A DNA stretch of 63,852 nt, counting the filler, from Bipalium vagum (Eukaryota): the NCBI GenBank assembly GCA_037834085.1. It is 3 parts of 3 records of this genome, joined end to end, with 100 filler letters (N's around TTAATTAATTAA, not from the genome) between each part and the next. Parts side by side here need not be neighbours in the genome. Positions count along the whole stretch, not along the records: positions 1 to 31,142 come from JBBMKC010258857.1; 2 more parts are not named here. The stretch is one strand, 5' to 3'. The position numbers and the translations under genes were made by a program. The notes beneath the pieces were generated by a model. It was not told the DNA's origin. It saw nothing but the letters and a program-made list of their open reading frames with translations, and did not search any database. Below are positions 13,716 through 26,699 of this stretch, one piece after another. Positions within the stretch are counted from its first letter, which is position 1. The number at the start of each line of letters is the position of its first letter.

Positions 13716-14564
13716 ATGGTAGTTATAGTTATATTTACTCTTATGATATCGATGGTCAGGTCGAATATGTTTTACAAATCCCTGGAGAGATGCTTGTCCA
13801 CAACTAGACCGAAGCTTACAATGCTATCCTTGATTGAATGCGCTGTCCACTGCCACTTGACCGATTGTCCGGCTTTCCATTTCGATTTAAAACAGTTGCT
13901 TTGTTTCATTTATGGACCCTCCGAATTATGTCAATCCAATGTCAAATGTTTAGCAGTCACTTCTTTTCGTGTCAACAATAAATATAAAGAAACGGTGGGT
14001 TCATTGGTTTTTCACATCTGAATAACTGTTTATATTTAGTGCCCTCTAGTCGAAAAGAACCGAAGACATGATTTCATTAATAAAATATTTCCATTTATGA
14101 ATATCGGCGGTAAGTACAAGTATGAAATCATTGATATAAGTGAAACGTCGTCTGCGGCTATAGATGGAAGTCTAGATACCTTCATCATAGTCAGTTCGCT
14201 AAATGGAACAAAAATGTTTATCTTTGGAAAAATATTTGGAGTTTTATTAGGAAAAGGAGGAAACATTCGGGATGTGGTACTAGATGCGATTGTGAAATTC
14301 TCAACAGACGGAGGATGCAGAAGTTATAAAGATTGTTATGGGACTTTGATGAACAATTTGGAGAAACAGAAAAAGGCTGTTATTGAAGTGGTTTCTCTTA
14401 GTTCGTTGGATGATGAAAATTTTGTAGGCAAGGTTATGAAAAAAAAGTATCACCTAATTTTCAAGAGCATGCAACTTCACATGAAACCATTCACTCAAAA
14501 ACTGTTCCAAATATTCAAGGTTTGTGGACAGAAGACCTTTCCTTCAAAGGGATTTTGTCTCTAA
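13716..14564 (+). CDS. Secreted protein, family A: signal peptide + PAN/apple-like domain + unrecognised ~175-aa domain; exons 13716-13994 and 14040-14564; 267 aa
   Basis: Hydrophobic N-terminus MVVIVIFTLMISMVRS; PAN-like SLIECAVHCHLTDCPAFHF....CFIY; phase-0 45-nt intron GTGGGT...TTTAG (13995-14039), conserved in the 3636 paralog, joins the two listed ORFs into one frame. Confidence 0.8.
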
Positions 14565-17500
14565 ACTGTCGAACTAGCTTTTGTGACGATATTTGTTGTT
14601 AAAATGTTCACACTTTTCTCTAAATATATCATCAGAAGCTTCTTTGCCTATTCAACTAACAGTGACCTTCTGAGATGTTAACAACGAAATTCATTAGAGT
14701 AATTCATTAAGGAACGCCGTAACGTCATATTTTAGTTTAGATCTTTTTGAATGGCAAGCTGAAATACCTCCACACTTTGCTCATTCCCAACACCCACTAT
14801 TTCTGGGCAAGGTTCAATTTTCATTAATTTAACCAAATATTCTTAATAGAATTGTTTTTTCTTTTGTTCTTTTTTCTCGTTCATGTTACTTTTAATAAAT
14901 GTTTCATCAATAACGATTTTTGACCATTTATTTGCTTACGGATGTCGACCACTACTTTTGTTATGAAGTTCTCAAAAGATCCTGATGGTGTAGCATTACC
15001 AAATGATATTCTATCTAAAAAGTATTCAATGAATGAACAGAGACTTCTAAGGTCGATGAGCTCATGATTTCATCCATCTATAGAAGAAAACCAGGACTGC
15101 TTCCACAAAAATCTAGTGGAGAGAATCCTTAAGCCTCTGAGGTAGTAGGAGAAATACCGGTGGATTTAAGACTAAACGGAAAAACGAATGAAGAAATAAT
15201 ATAAGGGTGGCAAAGGCGTCATTACAGAAAGAGAAGACGTCTGGGAATGAAGAAGATTGACGACAACGAACAAGTGTAACTCGAGACAAAACTTGTAATA
15301 CAAAATGATTGGATATGTTCGAGATAGGATCAATTTGAAGTTCTCTAAAGAAACTGTGTATGATTTCATCAAAGAATTTGTTGCCTGATAGACGGAAATA
15401 CAAATATAAGTACAAGGGGTGTGGAAAACGTAATTATTGTTTTTGAGCGCCAATAAAATAAAATAAATAAAAGTAGGAACAAGAGAAAAGAGAAATTTTC
15501 GGTTGCCCATAACTAAAAGACACCCTTATGCAAAACAAAAATAACTTCAGAAACAACAGACGTTCTCATCATTGTCAATGCTCTTTGCCATATTTGATGA
15601 AAAGAATAAATGCCATTCTTCTAAAAGTCTTTTGGTTGTGATTCAAAGATCCGTGACACCAATTTTTTGAACTCTTTGTTTGTGAATGTTTTATGTTTCC
15701 AGAGAATGCTGATCGGTCTGATCAGATCGTGATTCCATGGCACCAGGTCTGTAGAAGAGCGAATGGCTAGAAACTTAAAGCAAAGTTCCTTGTATATTTG
15801 TTGGATAATCTCTACAATGAGTGGTCAGCGTTATCATGGAAAAATTTGGTTTTGAAAGTTTTTGTAGTGTGACCGACCAATGCTTGGTTAACGTGTTCTA
15901 TCTATAGTTTTAACAGTCTGAACCTTATCTAGCAGCTCAAAATATAATAAGCTCATTTTTATTTATCCTTGCAAAAACAATGAGTTTCAATTCATGAATA
16001 TTTGGCTTTAGAGTGGGTTTTAGTTGTTCACTGACGTCTAACCTTTTTAAGTTTTTCTGTAATTATTTTATGATATCCATTTTCCCGCTGACGTTACAAT
16101 GCTATCAAAGAATGCTGCTCTAAACTTTGTGAAGAAGAATTCTTGTTATTGGTAAATTCTTGTGGTAGCCAATTTTTGCTTCACTTACTTTTCCAATTGT
16201 GTACAAATGATTTTTAATAATACTGGTCGCAATCAAACCAATCCAGAAACCCTTTAATATTTTGACTTGCAATCAACTTGGTGGTTTCATTTTATGCTTT
16301 GTTGACTGAGAACAAATTTGGTGTTGTCTTTCAACTATACCCTAACGTGAAGACCATCGCTGACATTACTACAAAAATGCTTGACCACGCTTATTTTAAA
16401 AAATCACATGAAATTTATTTAAATTTTAAATGACGTCATGGAATACGACTACCCACTAACTGATCAACCATTGAAGTATTAGATGGAAGAGAAAGTTTTC
16501 GAAAAAGCATCATAAGGATGATTCATACAAAATTGATTGCACAATAACAGTATATAATTTTTATGCCTTGATGACCATTAAAGTTATGCCTATGATTTTA
16601 AACAACATGCAGTCGTGGGAATTTTTACTTCATCCTTGTTGTTCTCATTGAGAAAGAAGGTGAACCCTAAGGTGGAAAAGAAATTGCATATCGCCTTCTC
16701 TTTAATTTAAAATTTTAAACCTCTCTCAAATTTAATACAATGAGAACGTTTAAAGAAAAATATATTGTTTATTATTTATTTCTCACCTTTGGACCATGGA
16801 TGTAATTTCTAGTGCACCTTGTCCTGCGCTTGTTACAGTGTAATGAGAGAGAGGACAACGATAGAATATACAGATAGAATATCTAAATAGAATAGAATAT
16901 AAACCTAAGAGGAAGCACATTTTAACAACGTCCTCCATCGCTCATTATTCCCTTTTCCATTGTACGTCAGAGCGTATGGGGTGATATCACTCTGGGACGT
17001 GTTCCGTTTCCATCATTTTGAAACAAGATATTTTAAAAATAAAAATAAATATTAAAAATCGGAATAAAATCTGAAAATGTTAAAAGAATTAATTTCTTTA
17101 AATGATAAAAGAATTGATTAAAACTCTTGAAACCTTTATATTTATTTTATTTATTTATTTTATTAGTTTATTTAATTTCTTTTAATCAAGAAAATAAAAA
17201 GAGTCTCTCATGAGATTTGTAATGAAAATTGTAGTATGAAGGAACCGTCAAGTTCATCAATGCTGTCAGCGACGTCTGAAACCTTTACGAATCCTTAACA
17301 TTTTATTTCATCAGATGAAATCAAGAAGAAATGCAATTGTAAAGATGAAACATTTGAGAGTTATAACAATTAACATAAGCTCCTAACGACGATGGGAGCA
17401 TAAACGATGGAAAACGAAAAACGAAAAACGGAAAATGATTAACTTCCGTTTTGGATATTCCATCTTTGTTATTCCTAACGTTACATTGCAAGACCCACCT

Positions 17501-18870
17501 TGTTTAGGATGTACAGAAACATGTTCCAATGCTTTAAACATAATAATGATGTGGATGACTGAGAGCATTGGATAGTCGAATACCTTTCAAAAACAATGCT
17601 CTTCACGGGTGATATGACGAACAATATATGTTCCGGTTACAATTTCACATTAACCATTGTTTACTTAAACAGATATTTAAGGAGAAAGAAAGATATCCAA
17701 CAATACTAGGTTGGAGAATATACAAATGAAATATTATTTTTATTTTTTATTTTGTTCTTTCCAAAGAAGGTTGCAAGGAATCTTTGTCTGCTAACTTTAG
17801 CTTAGAGGAATATTATTGGTGTACAACTTTCTGTGATTGTGACAAGGTTTTCTTTAAAATGGTTTGCATGGTTAATTGATATATTCCATTATCCTCACAA
17901 GTATGAGCCACCTTTTTCATACTTTTAAAAAAAATCTTAAATAATTTGTCTTCTATAAGAATATTGGCCGTTATAATTTTCTGGTATACCTTCCTTTCTT
18001 TTTCAAAATAATCAATTTATTTATTTATTTACTTACCAAATAACGTTTGTTAACGATTTTTACAGATTTGACAGCTTTATTATTAACATTTTTTAATTAA
18101 TTAATATAAATATTTATATAAATAGAGATGAATTTTATTCAGATTGTTCCAAAACCAAGGAATAGTTGTTCTGCTCATCAACGTTTTAGCAAACTATATT
18201 TTATTTTAATTTAAAATTATGACTTAAATTGATTAAAGTAGATTTTGTTTAAATAATGCATTTATTGAAAATATGATCGATCAATGTGTAGAGAGCAAAA
18301 ATAAGAATTTACCAAATACGTGAATTCCATATTATAAATATTGATTATGTAAAATGAGCGATTATTTAGATAATGTCGATTATTATTGGAGGCCGCGGGT
18401 TTAACTCTGACATTAACATACACTTGTGGCTACAGGTTTAAGAAAATCCAGGTTACGTATTTGAACAGATCGATTTTTCCAATTTATTTCTCTAATTACA
18501 AAATATTAAAATATTTGATAATGAAAATGAACTAATAAATAAATTACTGTAGAAGAAATTAGTTTTACTATTCATTCGAAACAACTTTGATGAACCCTCG
18601 TCTAAAGCACATTACGATCTGCGCATTATGACCAAAATGCATTTGAGTTAAGTTTGAAAGAAAGAGATTTAATATTTTAAAATGGAAAGCACCAAACAAT
18701 TGTTAGAAACTATGGCTCTGTTCTATAAATATTTTCTGTTCTTTCAAGAGAGCCACTTCTCCCATGTAATACATCGGACAGATCATTTGAATGCAAATAG
18801 TAAAGCAGGATGCATTTGAGGCATTTCAGTAAAAGTAATTAAATAATAAATAATTGTTGAATATAAAAAA
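14515..18870. repeat. Right arm of large inverted duplication (partner 5090-9635)
   Basis: Same matches as the left arm. Retains two blocks (~15240-15860, ~15940-16780) absent from the left arm and lacks the piggyBac. Confidence 0.9.
17340..17700 (+). pseudogene. Degenerate repeated coding-like cassette (family B); other copies ~70-270(+), ~3215-3350(-), ~7920-8330(-), ~12740-13020(+)
   Basis: Shared motifs cgatggga-cataaac, cttccgttttgga, aacaatatatgttccggt, aaggagaaagaaa. Copies begin with signal-like MKYFLAITLSTISL / MKHLRVITINIS; all are broken by stops. Confidence 0.45.
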
Positions 18871-19661
18871 TAATATGAATATTTAAATAAAATCAATAAT
18901 AATAATAATAATAATAATAATAATTAATGACTAATAAATAATGATTAATTAATTAAATTATTTTTTAATGGTCATACAACTTTAAAAATAAACGTAAAAT
19001 GTATTTCTTATGAAATATAAATAAAAATGAACGTTCAATGACAAAGGGAAATTTAAATTTATGCTTTACTCTTTGGTCAAAAAATAATGAATTGTGTTTC
19101 CGTCCTCTCTTGGAACAGATAATAATTCATTGTTTGTTTGAATGGACACATTTTTCTTCGTGGTTCTCTCTTTGCTCTCCATCATTAAGGATAATCAAAT
19201 AACAATGATCGTTAAGTAATAGTAATTAACCTAAACCAGCGGGAGCGAATGGATTTTTATTAACAGAAAATGAGGGACGCAGAACTTTCATTTTGGTGAT
19301 CGTTCTCACTCAGGACAATTGGAATAAAAAATAATGAAAACAAATTCATATAATTTTTCCTTTATTTTGATTTTCTGAAAGAAATATACTTTATAGTGTG
19401 AAGGTTAACGTCTGCAGTATCCATCGACCTCCTCTTCCTAATAATAATCAATTCAGCCCAAGATCGTAAACGGAAATCACAATATAAATATCCTTAGATT
19501 CATTCACTGATCTGAAACAAAAGCAAAATGTGTTCTCCGTACTCCCAGCAGATAAAAATCTCACCAAATGTTGCTATATTAAATGAATGAAATGAATAAA
19601 TAATTAAAGATAATAAAGGAAGTGTCCGTCTCTCCGTTGGAGGAGAGAAAAAGCAAGAAGA

Positions 19662-19750
19662 ATGATAATGAAAGTCGTTTTAGCTCTAATGATATCGATG
19701 GTCAAGCCGAATATGTTTTGCCAATCTGTTGAAAAACTCCTGTCCACAAC
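19662..19750 (+). pseudogene. 5' fragment of family A gene
   Basis: MIMKVVLALMISMVKPNMFCQSVEKLLSTT matches the N-terminus of the 13716 gene; homology ends before the N gap. Confidence 0.65.
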
Positions 19751-20989
19751 TCAAGTTATGATTTCAGCGCTGATCAACGTTTTCCTTTCGAATTTCTCAG
19801 GTTTTACGTAACCTAGTCGCTGAACAGTGTCATTGGAAAGCTGAATNNNNNNNNNNNNNNNNNNNNNNNNNNNNNNNNNNNNNNNNNNNNNNNNNNNNNN
19901 NNNNNNNNNNNNNNNNNNNNNNNNNNNNNNNNNNNNNNNNNNNNNNNNNNNNNNNNNNNNNNNNNNNNNNNNNNNNNNNNNNNNNNNNNNNNNNNNNNNN
20001 NNNNNNNNNNNNNNNNNNNNNNNNNNNNNNNNNNNNNNNNNNNNNNNNNNTGAACAATTATTTAAATAATAAAATTAGTTGATGAATGTTGTGATGTAAC
20101 GTCACCAATGTAGAGAACAGTAAAATGGATCATAAAATATTTCTGTAAACCATGTGTGCATGAATCAAATTTGGTTAACTCTGCCATACCACGACAAACG
20201 AGAATATGTATCCATACCTCCGTTTCCTGTCCTACACAACTGGATATTATTTCATCCCTTTATTTGTGCCAGCTTATTTGCATTCCGATAATAAAGAAGA
20301 CCAATTTTCTGTTCAGCTCCTGAAACGTCTTTCACATTGACAGTTCATTTTTGTGACAAATGAAGGGACGATGTTATTCACCTTCAATGATGAAAATAGA
20401 AAATGTTTGACTAATATTCTCAGATGAAAAAGAAGATATCTACTTTACTTAGTCTATTTTCCTTTGACAATCAATATGGTGACAAATTCAAAATGAAAAT
20501 CTTAATCAACTCTTTTATATGTAACCTTTAACTTTAATTGAATTGTTTTAGGTCAAACATCGATCTACATGAAAGTTACGGGAGTCGCATTCCCTTTCGA
20601 CCTTTTCCATTAAGAATATCTTTATTTCCATTGATATCTGATAATAATTACATGAGGATCGAAGAATAAAAGAATAATATGACTTTAATACAGAATTCGC
20701 TGCATATTAAACCACGTAATGCTTCCGGTATCATACCTACCAACCATAAATACATTTCGATAATTCCAGACAACCTTTTACAGTTTATATTCTCTCTTTG
20801 TAGTCACGTTCATCTTTTAAAAAAATGATTAAACTACCTGCATTATGATTATTAGTTATGTAATCTGGACCGATGTTTAATTTGCAGTCTCAATCCAGTT
20901 GATGTCGGCTTGATCTCGTTCAGGTCAGTCTTCCTTTTCTCATTTCCATACCTCAAATAACACAGGTCAACAGTGATTTTGAGGCAGAG

Positions 20990-21430
20990 ATAAAAAATAC
21001 TGACTTTTATAGATTGCGATGTTCTGATTTTGAATATGAGATTTGTTTTGCTGCACTCATATATAGAATTCTTTCCTTGTAATATGGGGGTTCTTCGCGA
21101 TGAGCATGGTGAACTGTTTCACCAATACATTTCTCATTTGGAAAAACGCTACCAAGGAAAGTGGATTTTTTCAATGATGGCGGACTACAGCTGGCGTATT
21201 AAGCGTGAAACAGATGATGAAAATTATAAAAGGCGATCCTCTTACCGGAAAACAACTGTCGTTACATAACTATTTCTCTAACAATATCAAGGCTCCTGTC
21301 GTCCACTACTGTGAATGTACAAATTGTATTGTACGCTTCTCGATTTCTACATGTACTCGAACCTTTCAAAAAACGATCCTTTGGGTTTTATTCGCACACT
21401 TCAAATTATCTTTGCAACCAACAAGTTCTA
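20990..21430 (+). mobile_element. Chapaev3-like (CMC) transposase C-terminal remnant
   Basis: LHSYIEFFPCNMGVLRDEHGELFHQYISHLEKRYQGKWIFSMMADYSW matches the HSHLDFFP.N.G..SDEHGERFHQ.....E.RYQG.W...M.ADYCW motif that I associate with Chapaev3. Confidence 0.65.
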
Positions 21431-21984
21431 CATTATTTAATTTTCTAAATATATATTGGCTCATCACATTTATATTTGTTCCTGTCTAATAAGCATTCAA
21501 AGTTCTTCCCTTGAACTTTAACTTCATCAGTAGATCTACCTTACATAATATCGTACTTTATCTTTACTTCATCGGCTTCTTCTATGGGAATTATTCTTCG
21601 TATCTTAAATGATTCGTATCTTTATTACAAATATATTTGCAATCTTTCTTTAAAAATCCACAATTTAGAGCTCCAATCAACTCCAGGTCGGATGGAAAAG
21701 AAAGCAACACTTATTTTAATAAATTCATCTTTTTTCGTCTTGCAGTATGATGTCTACGTTTTCCTCCTGTTTTACATTTCCTCCTGCTTGTAGTTCGTCT
21801 TCCAGCGTTTGCTTGTCGTCGGCTCGTCGTTTTAATATTATTCTTCTTCTCCATAGAAATTCGCTGTGGAAATTAATTATTATTTTAATTATTTTAAAAT
21901 ATTTAAAAAGTAGGAATGAAATTTTAAAGGTAAAAATTATTTTTAAAATTTAATAAAAAAAGAAATTACCAGGTCTGAGAAAAT

Positions 21985-23921
21985 TTGAAAAAATCTCTTA
22001 ATAAACATATTTTAAAAATGTCTTCTAATTCTGACTTCAAACCAATTGATATTAACATGGGAGCCATCTCCGACTCGGATCCGATCACTGAACGTCTCCA
22101 AACAAAAACGTTCTGTAAGGGTGACGATGTTGAAAAGTTCATTGCGCAGTGCATAAGGTACTTCACGGTGATAGAGACACCAGTGAAAAGAAGGAAAACT
22201 TTGATCTATTGTCTATTAGACTTAGATTTAGTAGAGAAGTATGAAAGCACGGCAGGAAAATTTAGTGGATTCGAAGGTAGATTACGATTGGCCTTTTCCA
22301 AACCAAAAGATATAATGGGTGATTTGGAAAAGTTAATAAACTATCGTAGACGAGCCGGTAGTGTGGAAAATTTTCTGGAGAACGTCCATAAGATGATGGA
22401 AGATGTCTTGTCACATAAAATCACAAAGGAAAGCCTTTATAAAAAACGCTAATGACATGTATAAACGATCCAGAAATTGAGAAGGAGATCGAACTGAGAA
22501 AGTTAGGAAGTATTGAAGAAATGGAAGATCTAAGTAAATTAATGGATGGAATCCGACAGAAACAGTCTGGTCATGCCAATACCATCAGGACCTACAGGAT
22601 GTAGCTAGGAACGGTAGATATAAAAACTTACGGAGACAGGAAGCAGTCTGTAAGATTAGACCTGTTGTAGAGCAAGTCAGACCAGAATCACGTGTTACTA
22701 GACCGTTTGCAAGAATGACAAACGATGGTCCAACATGAAGACAAATAGAATGTTGGACGTGTAAAAAAGTTGGACATATAAGTCAAGACTGTCCCAAGAA
22801 GAGAATTCCTACTTGTTTTTGATGTGGAAAAGCAGGACACATACGTCGGAATTGTACAGTTTACAAATGTCAAAGGTGTGGAAGAAATGATTACCAAGTC
22901 TCGGAGTGCTACACAAATCTAAATAGAAACAGGAATTTTTACGAAGGTAATCAGGAGATGAATTAATGAAAAGAATTAATGTGGTTAGTGAAAATGTTGA
23001 TGTGATATCGGAAGGAGATTGCATGAGAGAAGAATATGAGAATGCATCATTGTACCCAAAAGGCAAGGCTCCATTAGTAGGGGAGCTAGTGGGAGCCATA
23101 AACTAGTAATCGAAAATGATTATATCCAAAAAATTGAGACTGAGGAAGGAGTGACGCGAACGGCAGAAAAAGTGTACAGATTTTAAAAGAAGCAGTTTGA
23201 GATTGAAAATTGTATTTCAGAAAGTGAAGAGACAATTATCTCGTATGACAGAATGCATGGGCGTCCAAGTGTGAGAATCAAAGTGAAGGATTTGGAATTG
23301 GATACGGAAGCAGGAATTAATGTAATGAATACGAAAATTGCCCAGAAACTGACAGATATTAAAATCCAACGGTATGGTGAAAAACTGAGATGTGAAAACG
23401 ACAGTTATTTACAGACCAGAGGGTCAATAAACGTTGAGGTCAGCGTTGGTCAAGTTCGAAAAGTTGTAAAATTCATAGTTGTGAAAGTGTCACCCCTGAA
23501 TTGATAGGTGGTATGGAGTTTCTTAAAAAATTCGGAAAATTTCTGAAGCAACAATATGAAAGTAAAACCAACGAGGTGGAAGATTTGAGCAATACGCTGT
23601 GTAATGTAGAAGGAAGATTTGGTAGAACAATACAGAAAGGAGAACGGTTGAAAAGAGCATTGAATATTTAAATGTTAATACAGATGGCAAATTATGAAAG
23701 ATAATTGAAGTAAATGAAGACGCGTTTATGGTCAATAAATGGGATATATAATATGTACCCATCTGACAAAACATGCAATAAAAACGAAAGGTGAGCCAAT
23801 TAATGTAAAACCATTTAGGCAACCAATGAATTTTGAAGAAAAAATATACGAGACGATGTATGACAATAATATCATCAGAAAATGTAATTCTCCGTGGAAC
23901 ACTCCATTGATATGCGTTTGA
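21985..23921 (+). mobile_element. Ty3/Gypsy LTR retrotransposon remnant (gag, protease, start of RT)
   Basis: Gag ORF 21985..22452; CCHC knuckles CWTCKKVGHISQDC and CF*CGKAGHIRRNC (~22750-22855); protease-like LDTEAGINVM; HAIKTKGEPINVKPFRQP...IIRKCNSPWNTPLICV. Truncated at ~23920. Confidence 0.85.
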
Positions 23922-24218
23922 AATTATTATTATTATTATTGATCGAATTCTCATTGATCATTTTAAACAAACGTGGATTTAATTTAATATTTTATATTCG
24001 AAAAAGTCTCAAAATTTTGTTTTAAATTTACATCATAGAAAATATTTAGATAAAAGTTTCAATGATCATTCTATCAGTCTTATCTCATCTGCTTGGAAAT
24101 ATTTATGAAAAATTAAAATTTCATAAATTCTTACACTGTAGAGACACGACTTGAGATTTAAAGTATAAACATGTAATCTGAATGAACTCAGATTTCTTTC
24201 AGCAATAAAAACATTATA

Positions 24219-24960
24219 ATGGGCGTAGGTCAAAAGAGCACTCAGATGATATCAAAAATGAAATTCTAAAATTAAGAAATGATGGAATAAACTTTGGTGA
24301 GATTTCCACCATGTTACAATGTAAAATGTAAACTGTTCAATCCATCATGAATAAATATATAAGATCGGATTACTCAGAGAAGCGTCAAAAAGATTCGGCG
24401 TACGTCGGCAGATGCGCTATCTATAAAATTGAATTAGGTGAATAATATAATTGTCTTGCCAACAACTATCAGAAACCCACTGATGTATATCACTATATCG
24501 CATGTGGTTAGATTTCATTCCAGAAACAGTAGTCAAAATATTCTTATTGGACGAAAAATATTGACGAACATTGTATATTACAGTTGTAAAGAAATCAATA
24601 GCAGATTTTATGACCTCATTTTTGTTTTATGAATTTTTAAATGAAATTTTGTGTGAATAATGATGGAAATTTGTTTATATCTTAAAGAGAAAACTATTAA
24701 AAAATAAGTCAACAAAATTTTTAAATAAAGAAAAATTTACTGAAATTTTTAAGGCATTTGAAAACGAGAAGGACGACATCCAAATTAGTACAATGTTTCT
24801 TGATGAATTCAAAATGAGTGGTAATGTTTCGCAAATCACTCAACAATGGTTTCAGAGTATAAGGACGGAGATGAAGATATTCAAGAAAAAGATGGTCGTT
24901 AAACAAAATCATCCATCTCCATAAAGATTTGAAGAAATTTGTTCAGACTGATTCAATCAT
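24219..24960 (+). mobile_element. Tc1 and mariner N-terminal (HTH) fragments
   Basis: EHSDDIKNEILKLRNDGITFGEIS (Tc1-like HTH) and TMFLDEFKMSGNVSQITQQWFQSIRT (mariner-like, similar to the 37813..38043 region). Confidence 0.5.
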
Positions 24961-25940
24961 TTCTCATTTGATCGATTCAGAATTGTAAACAACCCATTTA
25001 CCAGTGCAGCAGATGACGTTAGGTTGGGTTTGTAAAATTAACTGAATAAATGAACTGAACGGATATTTAGTTCTGAGCACAATCCAGAATAAAAGACAGA
25101 AATGGCAGTTTACAAACAAAATCAAGGGAACATCTCTATAGCTTCTGTATTCAAAAAGAATCCTTTACATTACTCGATTAAGAATCTTCTCTCTGTACTT
25201 ATCCAGAGAAAGGATATTTGCAAATGTGTACTCTCCTGAAACATAGTGGATTATGGTTTTGTAAATAAATTATGGAAAAGTAGAAAAAAAGAAATATTGA
25301 TGGGTAAGCTATAACACCTTTATAGAATATTTTTTGATTCATTAGATGATATTTAAGGAAGGTGTTGATATTATTGTGCAAAACATTTTATTGTATTGTA
25401 GCTCAATAAAGTATTGAATTGTTGCAATTTTGTTTTATTAAAGATGAGTTCTTTTTAGTTATATTGATTTTCTTTCGTGTTATAAAAGAAAAAAGGTTGA
25501 GAACCGCTGTCAGAAAGCATTCCATATGAAAACTCTTCATCAGCCTTATTCTTAAATCTTTGAAAATCTCTTCCAGTCAGTGAATCTTTCCAATCGAAAA
25601 TTCTACTTCCCAACAATCACACTTGATCTACCGGAAGAGGACCGTCATCCAGTGAACCAGATACCCGAAACACGTAATATGATTTCCAGAGACATCCAGT
25701 TTCCTGCTGTGAAACGCTTAATATTTCCATTGTCAAGCTTTAATGTGGAATTTTAATTATCGTCACAACACAAATGAAAGCGTAATCTCTCTCATTTTTG
25801 GTGGAACCAAATTCATTCTTATTCTTCATTTTCTCAGTCTATTTATTTTAACTTATCAAAAGTCAAATACAGAAAAACGAGAGAAAAGAAACTCAATAAT
25901 TGCACTAGAAATGTTTTATAGTTAATCTAATAAACTATTA

Positions 25941-26699
25941 CTAAACGAGGTCTCCTTCATTGAAATCGAGACCAATCACCATCTTTTTTGTATTCCCTTG
26001 GCAAAGACGCGTCAGCATAACTCGATAGGACGCAGGACTTGTCACGTGAGACCAGGAAATAGAACGATTTGCAGAAAAAGGTTAGGAGACATCTGAAAAG
26101 ACAAACTAATTAAAATTGTAAAAAATAAGGTAAACCGTAAACCTCAGAGCGCATTCCAAATCCGTTTTCGACCGAAATTCGTCGTAACAACCTTTATCGC
26201 CGTCCTTATTGAAAATGTTAGAAAAATTTTGCTGGAACAGTTTTGAATGAATTTCCTTTTTTTTCTTTCCAAAAACACAAATGAACTTCGTTTTCACTGA
26301 GCAGTGATAATTCCACAAGCCAATTTCTTTTTGGAATAAAATACAATCACGATCCCCTTCATATAGTCGACGTTTGCCCCATAACGCGATATTCTCCATT
26401 TCACTTCCGTCTGCTTCTATCCATCCTGTCTTATTCCGAGCTCTCTCATTCCAGAGATCATTGATGCCGGTGTGATACCAAATTTTGCCTGCCAGACAAG
26501 ATTCAATATTTATCAATTCTTTCGAAAGAGCCAATCGACCGTTCTTCTCCGTACACATTGTCCACGCCCCACAAAAAGAAAAAGTATGGTTACTTAAAAA
26601 CATACAAGTGCCATTGAACAAAGAAAAGGGCTCCAGGCACAATAAATGTACTTTATAAGCCAGATGGAAAAGATAAATGAAAATTTCAAGCCAGTCCAT
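25941..26699 (-). CDS. Secreted C-type lectin + C-terminal PAN/apple-like protein; exons 26699-26143 and 26092-25941
   Basis: Likely start MDWLEIFIYLFHLAYKVHL; CTLD with C...F..A...C....GRLA, WIEADGS, DCILF....LWNYHC....FIC. A 50-nt GT-AG intron (26142-26093) joins ECALR to CLLTFFCKSFYF....SCVLS (PAN), ending TAG at 25943-25941. Confidence 0.85.

Noticed and set aside
19830-20057. 75-aa ORF of X residues
   Set aside because: Artefact of translating the N gap.
20100-20400. Possible second C-type lectin relic on the minus strand (LAQI...IISSCVGQETEVWI)
   Set aside because: Too fragmentary and frameshifted to support without a profile search.
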